Of a stretch of 64,000 nucleotides of DNA, positions 1 to 13,250 are shown piece by piece; position 1 is the first letter of the stretch, and every line of letters starts with the position of its first letter. A program made the position numbers and the translations under genes. The notes beneath the pieces are model-generated. The model ran no database searches. It had not been told where the DNA came from and was given only the letters and a program-made list of their open reading frames with translations. Source of the stretch: Setoptus koraiensis (lineage: Eukaryota; Animalia; Arthropoda); NCBI GenBank assembly GCA_048013815.1, contig CM106585.1, positions 18,848,001-18,912,000 on the forward strand, read 5' to 3'.

Positions 1-247
1 TGCAAATTTCGTTGAGTGCGCTGTCAGCAGCACCCCCAACTCGTGCCACTAAAACCAAACTATAAATAAATATAACTCACTGGCCGCGCGGCACGTGGTG
101 CTGGCGACACGATGCCCGCGGAGAGATGATCTAATTTTGATTAGCTATCGCTGCACAGCCTCTGCCACGAGCTACACTCACCTTTGGCACCTTTGCTATC
201 TATTTTTGCCGCTTGGCGCTTGCCATTTGCCGGCGCCTCCTCTGGGC

Positions 248-292
248 CATATCGCTGGGCCGCATATCGCTGGGCCGCATATCGCTGGGCCG
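248..292. repeat. 15-bp minisatellite x3
   Basis: CATATCGCTGGGCCG, three perfect copies. Confidence 0.9.
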
Positions 293-541
293 CACATCTC
301 CGGCAGGCGCGCCCGCACAGCCGGCCAGAGAGGTATAAATAGCGGACGTGTCTAGCCAATCATGGGCACGGGCGCGGGCGAGCGGCGAGCGCCAGCGTGA
401 AGCGCGCACCGAGATAAATAGAGATGGAGCGGCAAGATTTGCATTTCATTTGCGCATTTATAAGTAGCCAGAGGCGACGCGCACAAAAGGCGACGACACA
501 CAGATTAAACGGCAAAGTGGGGCCAGTTCGCGGGCCCCAAT

Positions 542-632
542 AACGCACGGCAATAACGCGCGGCAACAACGCGCGGCAACAACACGCGGCAACAACGCGC
601 GGCAATGACGCTCGCCAATAACGCGCGGCAAT
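542..632. repeat. 13-bp minisatellite x7
   Basis: Consensus AACGCGCGGCAAY, seven slightly degenerate copies. Confidence 0.9.
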
Positions 633-927
633 AACGGCCCATAGCGGTATGCAAATGAGCCGCCTGGCCTGTTGAACTGGGCCCCTCGCCCTTGGTCTCT
701 GCCTCTCGCTGTGTCTCTGTTCGGCCGCTTCTCGGAAGCGCTTTCTAGCGAGCTAATGGCCGGTTTGTGCAACACCTCCAGATTATTATCTAATTACCTA
801 ATTACCTGGCGATGTGCGTCGCACGCTTTCGTTGCGGAGCCTCGGAGCGGCCCGCGCAAAGCCCGCACGCGAGCTGCACATGATACAACAAGCCATGTAA
901 CGAGGCTCTAAATAGCTACACGACTCA

Positions 928-966
928 TGGCCTCTATACCTCGTGACTTACGAGGTATAGAGGCCA
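928..966. other. Perfect 17-bp inverted repeat with 5-nt loop
   Basis: TGGCCTCTATACCTCGT-gactt-ACGAGGTATAGAGGCCA. Confidence 0.9.
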
Positions 967-1277
967 CACGACGTGCAAAGGTTATACCCTGCACGCTGTG
1001 AAAAGGTGCCTGGAGTGGCGACCGTCCGAGCGGCATCCGGAGCGGCCCGCGCAAACTGTGCCGATCGGCACACGGGCCCCCGGTAATCTAATCAGCGTCT
1101 CTTGTGCGGGGCCACTCGGGCGCGCTACGACCTGTCACTTGTTATTGGGCGCGCCGTGCACCCCACGGGCCTCGCGGACACAGAATCCCGGAAAATCCGG
1201 GGAGACTCCACGCATTCGCTACAAGATATAAATGGAGTGTTCACTGTAGCGAGTCTATCCGTCGCCCCTCTGCCGTT

Positions 1278-1380
1278 GTTGTCGGCGCTGCTGCTGTTGT
1301 TGTTGTTGTCGCTGTTGTTGTTGTTGTTGTTGGCGTTGTTGTTGTTGCTGTTGTTGGCGTTGTTGTTGTCGCTGTCGCTG
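1278..1380. repeat. (GTT/GCT)n trinucleotide microsatellite
   Basis: A run of GTT/GCT/GTC triplets that generates spurious poly-L/V/N/T ORFs in several frames. Confidence 0.85.
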
Positions 1381-4300
1381 CATATTGTCGAGTCAAGTCG
1401 GCCCGCTCGCGCACTGTCAACAATGGCGACTCGACTCGGGCGCACAATCAATGGCTTCCGATCAATCAATGGCTGCTCGTTGTTGTCGTCAATTGATTGT
1501 TGATCGATGGCCTCAATTTAAGTGTCAAATGTTTGCGCGAGTAGCAAGGGGCCCCAAGAAGCCGTAAGAAGCGGCGCGACTTTACGACGGTCCGAAAGTT
1601 TGGCCGCGTTTCGCGCACGCACAAACACACACGCGGAACAGTCGGCTGGCCACTGGCGTTGTGCCGCTGTGCTCGCCGCCAATGTGCAATGTGGGGCCCC
1701 GTCCGGGCGACACCAGGCACAGTCCGAGCGACACAGTGCCAGTGGCGAACAGCGGCACAGAATGTCCGGCCGGCGCACGGGATGCGGAACGCATTTGCAC
1801 AGTGTATTTATTTGATCTTTTTATGGTGATTTGGGGCCGCCCGGCACAGATGATACGTATCGCACACCGAGATTAGGTGCGACACGATACCCGCGCGCCA
1901 CAGCGCCGCCGATACCCGGTGGCGCGGGCATTAACTTAATGAGCGCCATCAACGGGCAACGGGTGCAGCCGGCGGGCCGCGAGCAAGCGACCGGGCAATT
2001 CTCCGGTTCACCAGTCAGCGGCCGGCCAGCAGCGGATCCGTCCGTCGCTTATCAGCCTGTGGGTGTCGCGCAAAGAACAATGGCCAGCCTGCCGGGCCCA
2101 TTATCATTATGATTACCGGCCAAAGCGGGCGGCGGCGCGGCAGCGGCGGCGGCACGGGCGATAATCATAATGATAATGGGTAGACTTGTGAGTCATGGGC
2201 CCATTAAAATTGATAGGTGCCCCGGTATCCCGGGCGCGTCACCAGCCGATTTGATGGCCCAGTGACTGACTGACCGATGGGCGCACACTTTTTCGACAGA
2301 TTTGCCCAATTGCCGTCAGATTGCGCAAACAGCGGCCACCACGAAAGCAACCAACAACCCACGATATTGACGGGTTGCGCAGCTCGGCGGCCGCGCGCGG
2401 GGGGCGTGCTGGCCGAGCAACGCCGGGCCGGGGCGCGATTAACATAATGATACCGCCATCGGCCGACATGACCGAAATATATATCCAATGGCCATATCCA
2501 ATCTATTATTATGATTATCATTGGCGGCAGTGTATTATGGCGGGCCGAGTTAATGGCGGGCCGCGCGCCGGCCCGGCACGGGCAACCGCGGCCAGCCAAC
2601 AACTGCAACAACAACAAATCATCGTGATCCATATCCGTCCATCTCGGGTTTTTCGCGCGCCACGATGATAAACTTGATGATGATGAGCGGGCGCGCTGTG
2701 GCGCCCCTCTAATGCTGCTCGCTCACTTGGCCCGGCGCACAGGCCCGACAGCTCAGCGCACAGACCCGACAGCGCACCGCACAGGCCAGCCTGTGAGTCT
2801 GAGAAGTGTGCCCGTCAAATGGGCGCCCATTTCCGGTCACTCTGGCGTCGTTTATTCTTATCTGAAGGCGCGCCGAGGGGCCATAATCGCGGGCACGCTG
2901 GCCCGTTCGTTGGTCGGGCCCGGCTTCTCGGGTTACATCGACCGCCGTTTGTGTTGTTGTGTCGCTGTAAACAATTTTTGTTTGCGGTGGCGCAAGGCAA
3001 ACGAGCGCTTGCAACGTTTCGAAAGGGGGCCCCCAAGAGGCGCAACTTTTCTGGGGTGGGACTTGGCCTCAAAAGTGAAAGCGAACGCACGCAGGCGAGC
3101 ACCGCCGGAGAAGTACGGGCCGGAGGACCACTTGAACCTTTTCCGCCCATCGAAAACAGCAACGGCCCCATGAATGGCGAGAGGGCGCTGCCGCCGGCCA
3201 GCCAGCTCCCATGATTGATTACGTGTCAGTGGGGCCCGACGAGGCGACTCGCAGCAGTCGAAGGCAAACAAATCCATCTCACTTGGCCCCTCGGCTTGCC
3301 ATTGACGGGGTCGCTTTGCCAACTTGGCCCGCTTGTCGCTAGTTGGTAGCTTGCCAAAATCGGTCGCTCGACTGTGCGAGTTGTGTCAATTGTTGTTGTC
3401 GCTACTAATGAGCGTCTAGCCGCTGTCGGGCTCAATTAGCCGCTCGCTAGATCTGTTTATATTCTGCGTTGTTGCGTTTTGTCGAGTCGTCTATGTACTT
3501 ACAATTATCGACTGCCATTGTCGTCTAATGCGACACACTGTTTTTGCGGGGCCCGCCGAGCGCCGTTCACATGGGCGCCGGTGAATATCCGCCAGTGAAT
3601 AGCATATTCAGAATAGAAGAAAGTGGCCGGTCGTGGCTCCGTTTGTGCGATCTGTCGGGTTGGCGGCGAGCCGCCGCCGCGTCGCTTTCTGGCGGCGAGC
3701 CGCCGAGCGAGCTCGCCCGAACCGACAGATCGCACAAACACACAGAGCAGATAGGGCATGCGGGCCCGACGGGGGCCGACACAGGCCAGCGGAGGGGCGA
3801 GAAAAAAGTAAGCGCCAGAGGCTAATTTGCATATTTATTATTTATTGCGTCACTCATGATGATGCATCATCATAATTGTTGTTAGTGCGCGCACCTTGTG
3901 AGCGGTTGCTGCACCGCTTGCACCGGCACCAAGTGGCACCATTATCGGCGGTTGGCGGGTGTCATCGTTTGTGTCTGGCGGAGTTCACTTCATTGAGGGG
4001 CGCGCGTTGAAAATAAGTTATGTAATATTGTGCTGAGCCGACGTTGCCGGCCCGTTGTTGGGTGCTCACGTCGCCTCTTGCCAACGGTGCAGTTTGCGGT
4101 GCTGGCCGGCACTTTTGGGGGGAGAGGGGGAGGGGCGCACTCGGCAGTGGCTGTGAGCAGTTGCGGTCGGCGAGCAGCCAGAATTGTGGTGCCAAATGTA
4201 GCGTGGTGGTGCAAGTTGTTGTTGTTGCTGTCGTTGTTGTGCCTCGCTAACAACTAATACTGCCGCTGCAACAACAACAACACCAGCAACGACAACAGCA

Positions 4301-6317
4301 GCACAACAACAGCAACAACAACATTGTCAAATGTAAATAAGCTCAGTGGCGGCGGCGAGCGCCCGATTGAATAATCGTGCGCGCGCCACGACAACTACAA
4401 GCGATCGGGCATAGATTTGATTGATCGAATCGTATCCACTGACCGATCGCCGGGCCTCTCGGCGTCACTTCTTCGGGGCTCGCCGGCGCCCGGCCCCAAA
4501 TTGCAACGGCGACCGACGAACCAATTTCTGTCATAACTGCATATCTGTCATAACTGTATGCCGCCGCCACAACTGTAACGGAGCCCCCGCTCGCGCGCGC
4601 TCGGCCAGTGGGATCGGCGCGAAACTCGCACGCGTACGATCGCACAACGAGAACGCGATCGAGTGCCAGACACGTCCGAGTGAGCCGTTCGAGGGGCCCG
4701 CTTGTCGGCCGGCGCACTGGTCGCTACCATGAGCGACGACCAACGCAACAAAAAACAACAATATCTGCCAATATTTGCCGCCGGTAGTAACTGGTGGCGG
4801 TCAGTTGATATCGGATGTGTAGCGCGTGTCATGTTGATGTGATCATTCAAACACTGGATTGGCCCCCTGCCAAACCGCCGACAAACAGCCTGGCGGCGGC
4901 CAGTCAATGCGGCAGCAATTACGCAACGATGACGATGATGAGTAGCCGGAGTCTATTGCATGATATGTAAAAATAACAGAGACACGACAAACAAAGAGAG
5001 CACGCGCTAAAAAACAAACGCACTAATCGATTGTCGTTGCCACCACCCATTGATAGGCCCACGGGCTGGTGTACCCATCGACGTACCCATTGTGTGCTGG
5101 CGCAGCGGGCCGGCCGCTGTTGATCGAGCAAAATATCGGCGCATATCAATGGCCCGACAAGCGGCAGTTGTGAGAACCCGGCCAGTGGATACCCCCGCCT
5201 GATCCACATCCACTGGCTTATCCCCGCTGTCAGTTATGCATAATGCGCTCGTGCGCCAATCAATCGCCGGCTGCCAACGGGCGACAACTTCCGACTGCGC
5301 CTTTCAGCTGGGCGCCCCCGCTTGCGCTGGCGCCTCACAGCTTTGCCGGCGCCCCACAAACGGCCCACGCGCCTCAACTTTGCCAGCGCCCCACAAGCGG
5401 CCAGCGCGACATTAAAATGTAATTTCAAACGGGACTGCGGACGCCCAGAGCCGCCGGCCCGCGAACGGGCCCAGTCGAGGGCCGGGGGCGCGGGCTGAGC
5501 GCGCACCGGCCGACAAGTGCTCGGTCGAGTAGCAAGTGAGTGGTCAAGTAGCAGTTTAATTTACTCCGCTCGGGTCCGAATCACTTGAGCATGAACAAGT
5601 TGCGTCGGGTCTGTTTGCCGGGCGCTGCCTTTGGCTGGGGCGCGACGCCCATCGAGCCGGTCGCGCCGGGTATCGGGTGTCGGGCGCTGCCTTTGGCGCT
5701 CAAAAATGCCGCTCCGTTCAAACGCGCTCGTCGGGCCTCCACCAGTGCAGCTCGACCGATCGGCGCACTGGCCGCCAGAGGGCGTCGCCCGCCGCGTCCC
5801 ACAAACGGCCATCGGGGCCAATGATGGGGGGCCCAGGCCCAGAAATGAAACATAAAACAATAATAATAAGAGCGCACACAAGCGCAGTCATTAGAGTGAG
5901 AGAGTTGTGACACTTCTTTGTTTGTCTTCTGCTCCACTTGGCCTCGATGACACCAGCCAGCAGCGCCAAATATCTGTTGCCGTCGCTTTCATGGGTCCGC
6001 TCGCTTGTTACGCTGGCTCTCATGAGGCCGTTGCGCAGTTGGGGCCCCATTCTCGCCTCCGTCGGCTCGCCATTCTGGGCACTTTGGCGAATCTCGAGCG
6101 CTTTGGCAAATATCGGCGACTTTTGAGCCGATATTCGCCAAAACCAGCACACAAACGGAACAGCTAATGGGGCTCCGGTTTCGGGCGACGATCAATTATC
6201 AGCGATCGGGCCGCTGTGATGGTTTTATCGCGGCGACAAATGAACGGTTGCGCCCCTGGCCGTCGGGTGCACAAGGTATCGCGACTCTTGCCCGGGTCCC
6301 GTCGTCCGGTCCGCGCG

Positions 6318-6410
6318 GCGGCTCATCGGATCGCGCCGGCCCGGCGGCTCATCGGATCGCGCCGGCCCGGCGGCTCGTCGGATCGCGCCGGCCCGGCGGC
6401 TTGTCGGATC
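6318..6410. repeat. 26-bp minisatellite x~3.5
   Basis: GCGGCTCRTCGGATCGCGCCGGCCCG tandem copies. Confidence 0.9.
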
Positions 6411-9400
6411 GGCACGCATTCGTACATGCTCTATTGCGTCATATATTGCGTCATATATGCACAAGTGTGTCATTTTGTTGAAATTTGTGCCGAGTGACTG
6501 GCTGCTGGCGTTCGAGCGGGCCGGCCCGAGCGACACCCTAAGTAAACAATCTTCCGCGAATGAGTGTCAACTGATAACTGTTTATTTCTGGGCATAAAGT
6601 GCCCGCTCGCCTGCGCACAGTCGCTGCACAACAAACGAACGATTGGGCCCACTTTATGCTGCCAGCATCCTGTTTGCGCTCCGGCGCCGGGCCGTCACCC
6701 GATGCGTCTCAACGGGCCGGCCGCCGTAGACGCGCTGCTAGCGGGCGGCCGGGCGAGCGGATATTCAATCGGGCGTCGAATTGAATATCCGCCGACCAGC
6801 GGGCGTCTCGCCCGGTCGCCCGACGCAGTGAGCGCGCCCAGTCGACGGTGGGGCCGCGAACGCGAAAGCAATAGCCGTTGAGCGGCCAATAATGGTGGCC
6901 GCGTTCATTTATTGATGCATTTAGCCCCATACAAAGTCGGCTGTTTATTTTAGGGTTAAAAGCTTTTGATTGTAAACACAGCCAAATAGTCGGCTGGCAT
7001 ATTGTCGTCGGTTATTGTCGGCCGGGCCGGCACGTGATTTGGCGCGCCTTTTGAGCGGCCCATGCCCCGTTCGCTGCGGACCCGAGTGCACACTGTCGGC
7101 CGACCCGGTGTGTACACAGCGCTCACGGTTACACGTACGGGCTGGCGGCGTGCGCGCTTGCGGTAACTGGGCCCGTTGCACGTGCCCAGTGGCCACTCGG
7201 CAAATATCCGCCCGGGTGCCCGTTGTGCCAGTGCGTTGCCGGCGCCGGAGTTGCTGTCGTTGCTGTTGCTGTCGTTGCTGTTGTTGTTGTCGCTGGGGCC
7301 CACGCCGATTAACCGTTAGTTAGGGGCGGCTGGCGGCGCACGCAAACAGCGACAGATAAACAGAGAGCAAAAGTAATCAATATGACCATTGTATTACATA
7401 ACGCGCGCCCAATCGGCACACGATTGGCGCTGTGCGCCGCTTGTGCCGACTGCGCGCGTCTCGGGTCATTGGATATCGCTTGCGATCTCGAGTCCATCTC
7501 GCGGCCATCACCACTGCCGGCAGCATACATTGTGCCCACCAGATATATATATATATATGTCCGATATAAATGGACGACAGCAAACCATTTGGTCATTACA
7601 AGTCACCGTCGCCATTAGATTGGACCGTTACACGAGACAGTGGCGCGCACTGTTAGTGTGCGCGCCGCGCACAGTTGGCACACGATGGCCACCAGATAGC
7701 GAGAGATCCAATTAGGAGTGTGCGATGGAAAATTAAATTCAAATCGGACCGCGCGCGCAGTTTTAATCGAGCGACTTAATGGGCGCCCGGTTGATGGCCG
7801 CTCGCGGGCCCCAATCCATCAGTTTGCTCGCTGGCGAGTCGCGGGCACAAGCGCAAGTGGCGGGCTCAATCGCGAGTCGCGGGCACGGCGAGCGGGCGAA
7901 AAGTGATGACTTGTCGTTCTTTGTCGCGGCCGGCCCAACGAGGAGCCGACCGACGTCCGATGCATCGGGCCGCACGAAGCCGAGGGGCTGACCGAAGGCC
8001 GCTGCGCCGGGTTACGGTGTGCGCAGCGCCACTTGCGCACACTGCGGCCCACGGCGGGCCGATTATTCAAAGTGCGGGCCGGCTCACGACACAAATCAAG
8101 CCGCGACAAGATGGTTCAATTAGGCCTGATTGGGGCCGGCTCGGCCGCTGCAACTGCGCGCGCCGGCCCGCTGGCGCCCGTGGCTGTGCCGGCGAGCACG
8201 TGCAACCGCGATGGGCGCCCATTAATCACTTTGGGCCGGTTGGCTCAAGCCGGGAGCCTCGAAGGTCCGGGGGACCGTCAGCCCGGCGGCTGCCAAGATG
8301 GGCGCAGGCTCAAATTGATGGCGTCGCTGGCCGGGCACCCGGTGAAACAATGGCCGCTTGCTGCTCGCTGTCCGCGGTTGACCGTGAACTGGCTCATTGA
8401 GCCCGGCAAACCGGTTGCCGTTTTTTATTTTCACAAGAGTGCGCCCGATTCTCTCGCTTCTGTGCCGGGTTCTGGTCTGTAATGCCGGGTCGCCGGCACC
8501 ACAGACCCCCCCGAGATCCGGTGTCAGTTGCCTGTGAGCCTGGCTAGGCGTGTTGCGTAACTGGCCGAGGGTGGCGCTGCCATAGTCTGGCGTGTTGCGT
8601 AACAAGGGGCGCATGTTGTGCCGCAGTGTTGTTACAAATTGCAATGACCGACGTCGCGTTTGTTTGTTTTTGTTGTTTTTTATGCCTACTTCGGTTCGCT
8701 TGAACCGACTGCCGGCAGGGGCCGTCGGTCGGTTCGAATTGGCACGCCGTTCGGACTGGCTTGCAGCATCCGCAATTGCGACGCCAGCCAACGCTGACAT
8801 CCAATGCAAAGTGACGCGGCGCCCGACCAGCCCCGCAAAACTGGCAAAACCCGCTCACGGCGGCCCGCAAACTGCAATTGCGCCCGCCGATGGCTTATGG
8901 GGGGCTTAGGCGAGGATGTATGATTAGTTGTAGTTGTGCAGCATCAATTGGGCGCAGTTGGTGCTGTTTGTTGGAGCATGAATCAGGCCAACGACGCGGG
9001 CCCAAGACGACCGACGGAGCGAGACTCCGGCACACAATAAATGTCTGCGTGTTTGTGTGTACACGGATTAACATGACACGAATTTAAATTTTATCCGTGG
9101 CACCGCCGTGGCGACCGAGGTACCCATGTGCCCGATAGCCTAATAGGCCATTAGGCTATTAGGCGGCGGGCCGTCGGGCTGTCGGGCGGGCGGGCGGGCG
9201 GAGCAGTGGCGGTTGGGCTGGAATTATTATTACTGCTATTATTATTGCGCTGTGTGCAATTGAATCTTATCCCGGTGCAGATTTTCGACGGGCCGGCCCG
9301 CAGCGAGTCGCATTTCGGACGATTCAGGCGTCGATTCAGCCACCGCAGTTTTGACACTACGCGACCGCCTAATGATGACGCGCCGCGTACGTGGAGAGAG

Positions 9401-11479
9401 CCGGCTCGTGACAAAAACGAAACAATATATCAGCGAACGCTTCGGCAGCGAACGCTTCGGCATAGAACGGATCGCCAGAGAGAACACACTTTATAATCTG
9501 CTTATCGGGCCGAGAAAACGTGTCAGTTTATTGGAACAGTTTTATTTTACACAATTCAATTGTCGCTGCCACTGCTCGTGCGAGCCACTGATAGCCGGCG
9601 AACGGTGCCAGTCGGGCCCCAGCGAGCAAACTGGAAAAAATTGTCTCATTGTCTTGTTTGTCTAATACACAATGTGACTCTTATAGGGCTTATAAATGAC
9701 GGCTTATCAGCGATGGGGCGCTGATTGGGGCCACGGCGATTGGGCTTAAATGGCTGGCATTATGTGTGATATTTAGCAACGGAATGTGCCGCTGTTGTGG
9801 CGCGCAATGTTCTCACAGTCGCACACACTTGGCAAGTGTTAGCGTGATCGATGGGGGTTTTAAAGGCGCACCGGAAGTGGCCACTAATTCCTTTGCATGA
9901 GTTATTGTGCATTGTTGTTGGCGACGAGGCGCGCTTGTTGCCGCCGACGGATAATCATGCCACGAACGTGTGTGTGTGTGCTTTAATTAGTGCATTAGTG
10001 AGCATGAATTAGTGAACATGAATAAAACAGTTAATTATGTGAATTATTTCTGACCAGAGTCAAGCCAGAGTCTCCGCAGCAAGTTGTTTCTTGCGGCGGC
10101 GTTGTTAGTGGGCTGGCAAGTGACGATGGGCACAACAGTTATGTAACGGCCACCGCTGACAGTTATGCACAATTATGCAGTGCGTACGTCAACCGGCCGA
10201 CAAGTTGCCGCCGACAAACTCATTTAACAGTTGAGTTGTGAGTCGTTGTTTGTCGTCGGCTGTCGGCCAACAACGACGACCACCAACACAAGGCAACGCG
10301 ACGCACAACAACAAGCAAAACTCCCCGACAACAATGCAAACGAGGCACGGCTAATTGATTGTTGGCCGTTAAATGATGTTTGCGTCATGTTTGCGCAACA
10401 CTAATGAGCCTAATGAGCATGATCGAGCTTGAATCACGGCGGCGCCACTAGCTTGCCAGCGGCGGCCAGCCAACAGCAGACAGCGGCACAGTTGGCACAC
10501 GAACAATGTTTGTTTGCCATGCGATAATTAACATTTGAATGAGCGACGCCATCGCCGTGCGCTATGGTCCCGGCCGCGGTCTCGCTAGCCCGCCAGCAGC
10601 CAGCGGGTTAGTCAGCCAGCGAGTTAGTCAGCCGACGAGTCAGGCGGCCGGCCGGCGAGTCACAAGACACGGCACAATTAGCGCCCCACGGGTGGCGCAC
10701 GCCCACACCGAGCGTGCCGGCAAGCCAGACACGCTCGGGCCACTAGCGGCGGACAGCGACATCATTAGAGCGACTGTTGCTCGCCGGCCGCCGGTCACTG
10801 GTGGCGGGTTACTGGTGACCGGTCACTGGTTGAGCCCGGCTGCTAGTGAGGCGAGCCGGGCGCGGAGCCGGCCCGCGACCACGCGGGCCGCCGCCGATCG
10901 GAGGCGGACAGCCGATGGAAGGCCCGCGGAGAGCCCGCGGAAGGCTGGCCGAAAACCGCTACGGCGCCCATTATTCATTTGTCAGCGCCACAACTAAACA
11001 TGACAGTTTTACACTGCTAACTACACATTGTGCAAAACTGTTACAACCAAAATGATGATGATTCTTTGTTGGTCACACACACACACGCTCACCAATAAGC
11101 TGCCCACGCCCCCTTGCTGGCGCTCACCGTTTGTCGCCAGTGGGGCGCTTCAATCGGCGACAACTTGCAAAATGCTGGCGAGAAAAAAAAAAGTTGGGCC
11201 CACAAAGAGAATGGGGCCCCCACCGACGGGCACAAAATAATAAATTGGCGCGCGTGCTCCAATGTTGAGCCGGCACAGTGAATACGTACGCAAACAGTGT
11301 TGCGATGGAGCGGGCCAAAAAGAAGAAAAAACAGCCAACAAACACATAGAGACAGCCAAATTGGATCACTGCAAATCAGTGAATCCAGTAAGGGTGCGCG
11401 TGCACGCAGTGGGCGCCCCAAAGAATTATGTATGCGCCGGCCTCTTATCTTGTTCTTCCGTTGCGCGTTGTTGTGCGCG

Positions 11480-11570
11480 TTGTTGCAGTTGTCGTAGTTG
11501 TCGCTGTCGCTGAAGTTGTCGCTGTCGCTGAAGTTGTCGCTGTTGTAGTTGTCGGCGTGGTTGTCGCTGT
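11480..11570. repeat. Degenerate GTTGTCGCT-type triplet-derived repeat
   Basis: GTTGTCGCTGTCGCTGAA is duplicated within a GTT/GTC/GCT tract. Confidence 0.7.
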
Positions 11571-13154
11571 CGAGTTCTTTTTCGACGAGTGGCGTCGAGT
11601 ATTGAGTTGCAGTGGTGTTAGAGAGAGGAGGCAACTTTGCGTAGCCGCTGCAAACGCGCACACAATAAATGCCGATAAACGGTGGCGAATTTGGCAAAAG
11701 TTGAAGAAGAAGAAAACGCAATCACGTCACACATGTAAACTTGGAGAGTGGCCGCCATTAGGGACGGCCCCCAGTTTCAACAAGCGCGCAACATTGCGCG
11801 TTGGGGCGCCTCAGTTTCTCCGTTGGGCCCATAATTGAATCATCACCACCAGTGGCACTACTCATTGACAATTGTGCGATCGAGCGAGCGCTTGCAGGCT
11901 CGCCGTTGCGGCCAAAGCAAACGCTGTGCTGCGGCGCATTTTTATTATGCTCTAAAAACATGAAATAATTGTAAATTTTCAGCGGCACTCGGTCCATTGT
12001 GGTGCACCCAAGTTTGGTCCGATCCGGCGGGCTCTTATGTAAGCGCTCATATTATATATATTATATAAATTGTATATGTTATATGTGTTGGATGTGTTAT
12101 ATGTGCGGGCTGGCGGCCAACTGCAAAAGTTCAACTTGTGCAACATTAATGCAATGGTAATGGGCTACATCCATTGGCGGCCATCGGTGGTTGCATAATA
12201 AACGACTAGTGCTTGTGACAGAGAGCACACAAGCGCGATTAAACGAAGCGCAAAGTGATTTACAAATCCAATTTAGTGCTAATTACCAACGCGGGCCCAC
12301 TAAATTGAATTCGCGACTGCCAGCGCCGCAGCTGGCTCGCTCTTGTGGGAGCCCTCCGCTCGTCCACTTGTAGTTGCAGTTGTAGTGGCCGTTGTAGTGG
12401 CCGTTGTAGCTGCCAGTGTAGTCGCTCTGAAATTGTCATTTCGCACACGCTGCCAGACAGAACGATGCCAGAGAGACTTATGGCGGACAGTTCGGGAGGC
12501 CAATGGCGGCCCGATCAACAATTAGGCCCGGTTCATTGGTGGCGATAAGTTTATTGTTATGGCGCTATCTTGTCCCGGCCAGTTGCTCGTTATCTGAGCC
12601 GCTCGCAGCCGAGTCACACGCACATGTGCTGCGCCCCGAGTGTGCCCATATCCCGGTCATTTGCTGCTGATTTCCCAGTGACATCCCGATCATTTGCCGG
12701 CGTTTTCCAGCGATACTCAGCCTTTTCCAGCGATATCCCGGTGCCCCAATAGCCCAGTGTCACAGTATCATATTATCCCGGTGTCATAGTGTCCCAGTGT
12801 CATAGTATACTACGGGCATCGCGGTGTCATAGTCGCAGCCGTAGCCGGGCCTGGCCTGGCTGGCGCGCTACTTGTCGCAAAGCGCTGATGTAATCCTGAT
12901 GCCTGATTCGCAACAACAGATATCGCCAAAGAGATAAGCACGGGGGCTCGAGCTCGCTCAGTTTAAGCCATTATTATTATCTGCATTCTATGATTATTAT
13001 GCCATTGCTGCATGCCTGACGTGCTTCTCCTTCTCGTCATTGCTCGCCGTTGCTCGCCATACCATGTACACCTAGCGATGATACCCAATCGGGCCGCTGG
13101 CACTGCATGTATTGCGCCCACTACGCGCTAAGTGTCGCAGCAAGTTGGCCCATT

Positions 13155-13250
13155 GTTGTTGTCGTTGTTGTTGTCGTTGTTGGTGCCGCCGTTGCTGGCG
13201 CCGTCGCTGGTGCCGCCGTCGCTGGTGCCGCCGTCGCTGTTGGTGCCGTT
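13155..13250. repeat. GTT microsatellite followed by 15-bp GCCGCCGTCGCTGGT repeat
   Basis: Direct reading of tandem units. Confidence 0.8.
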
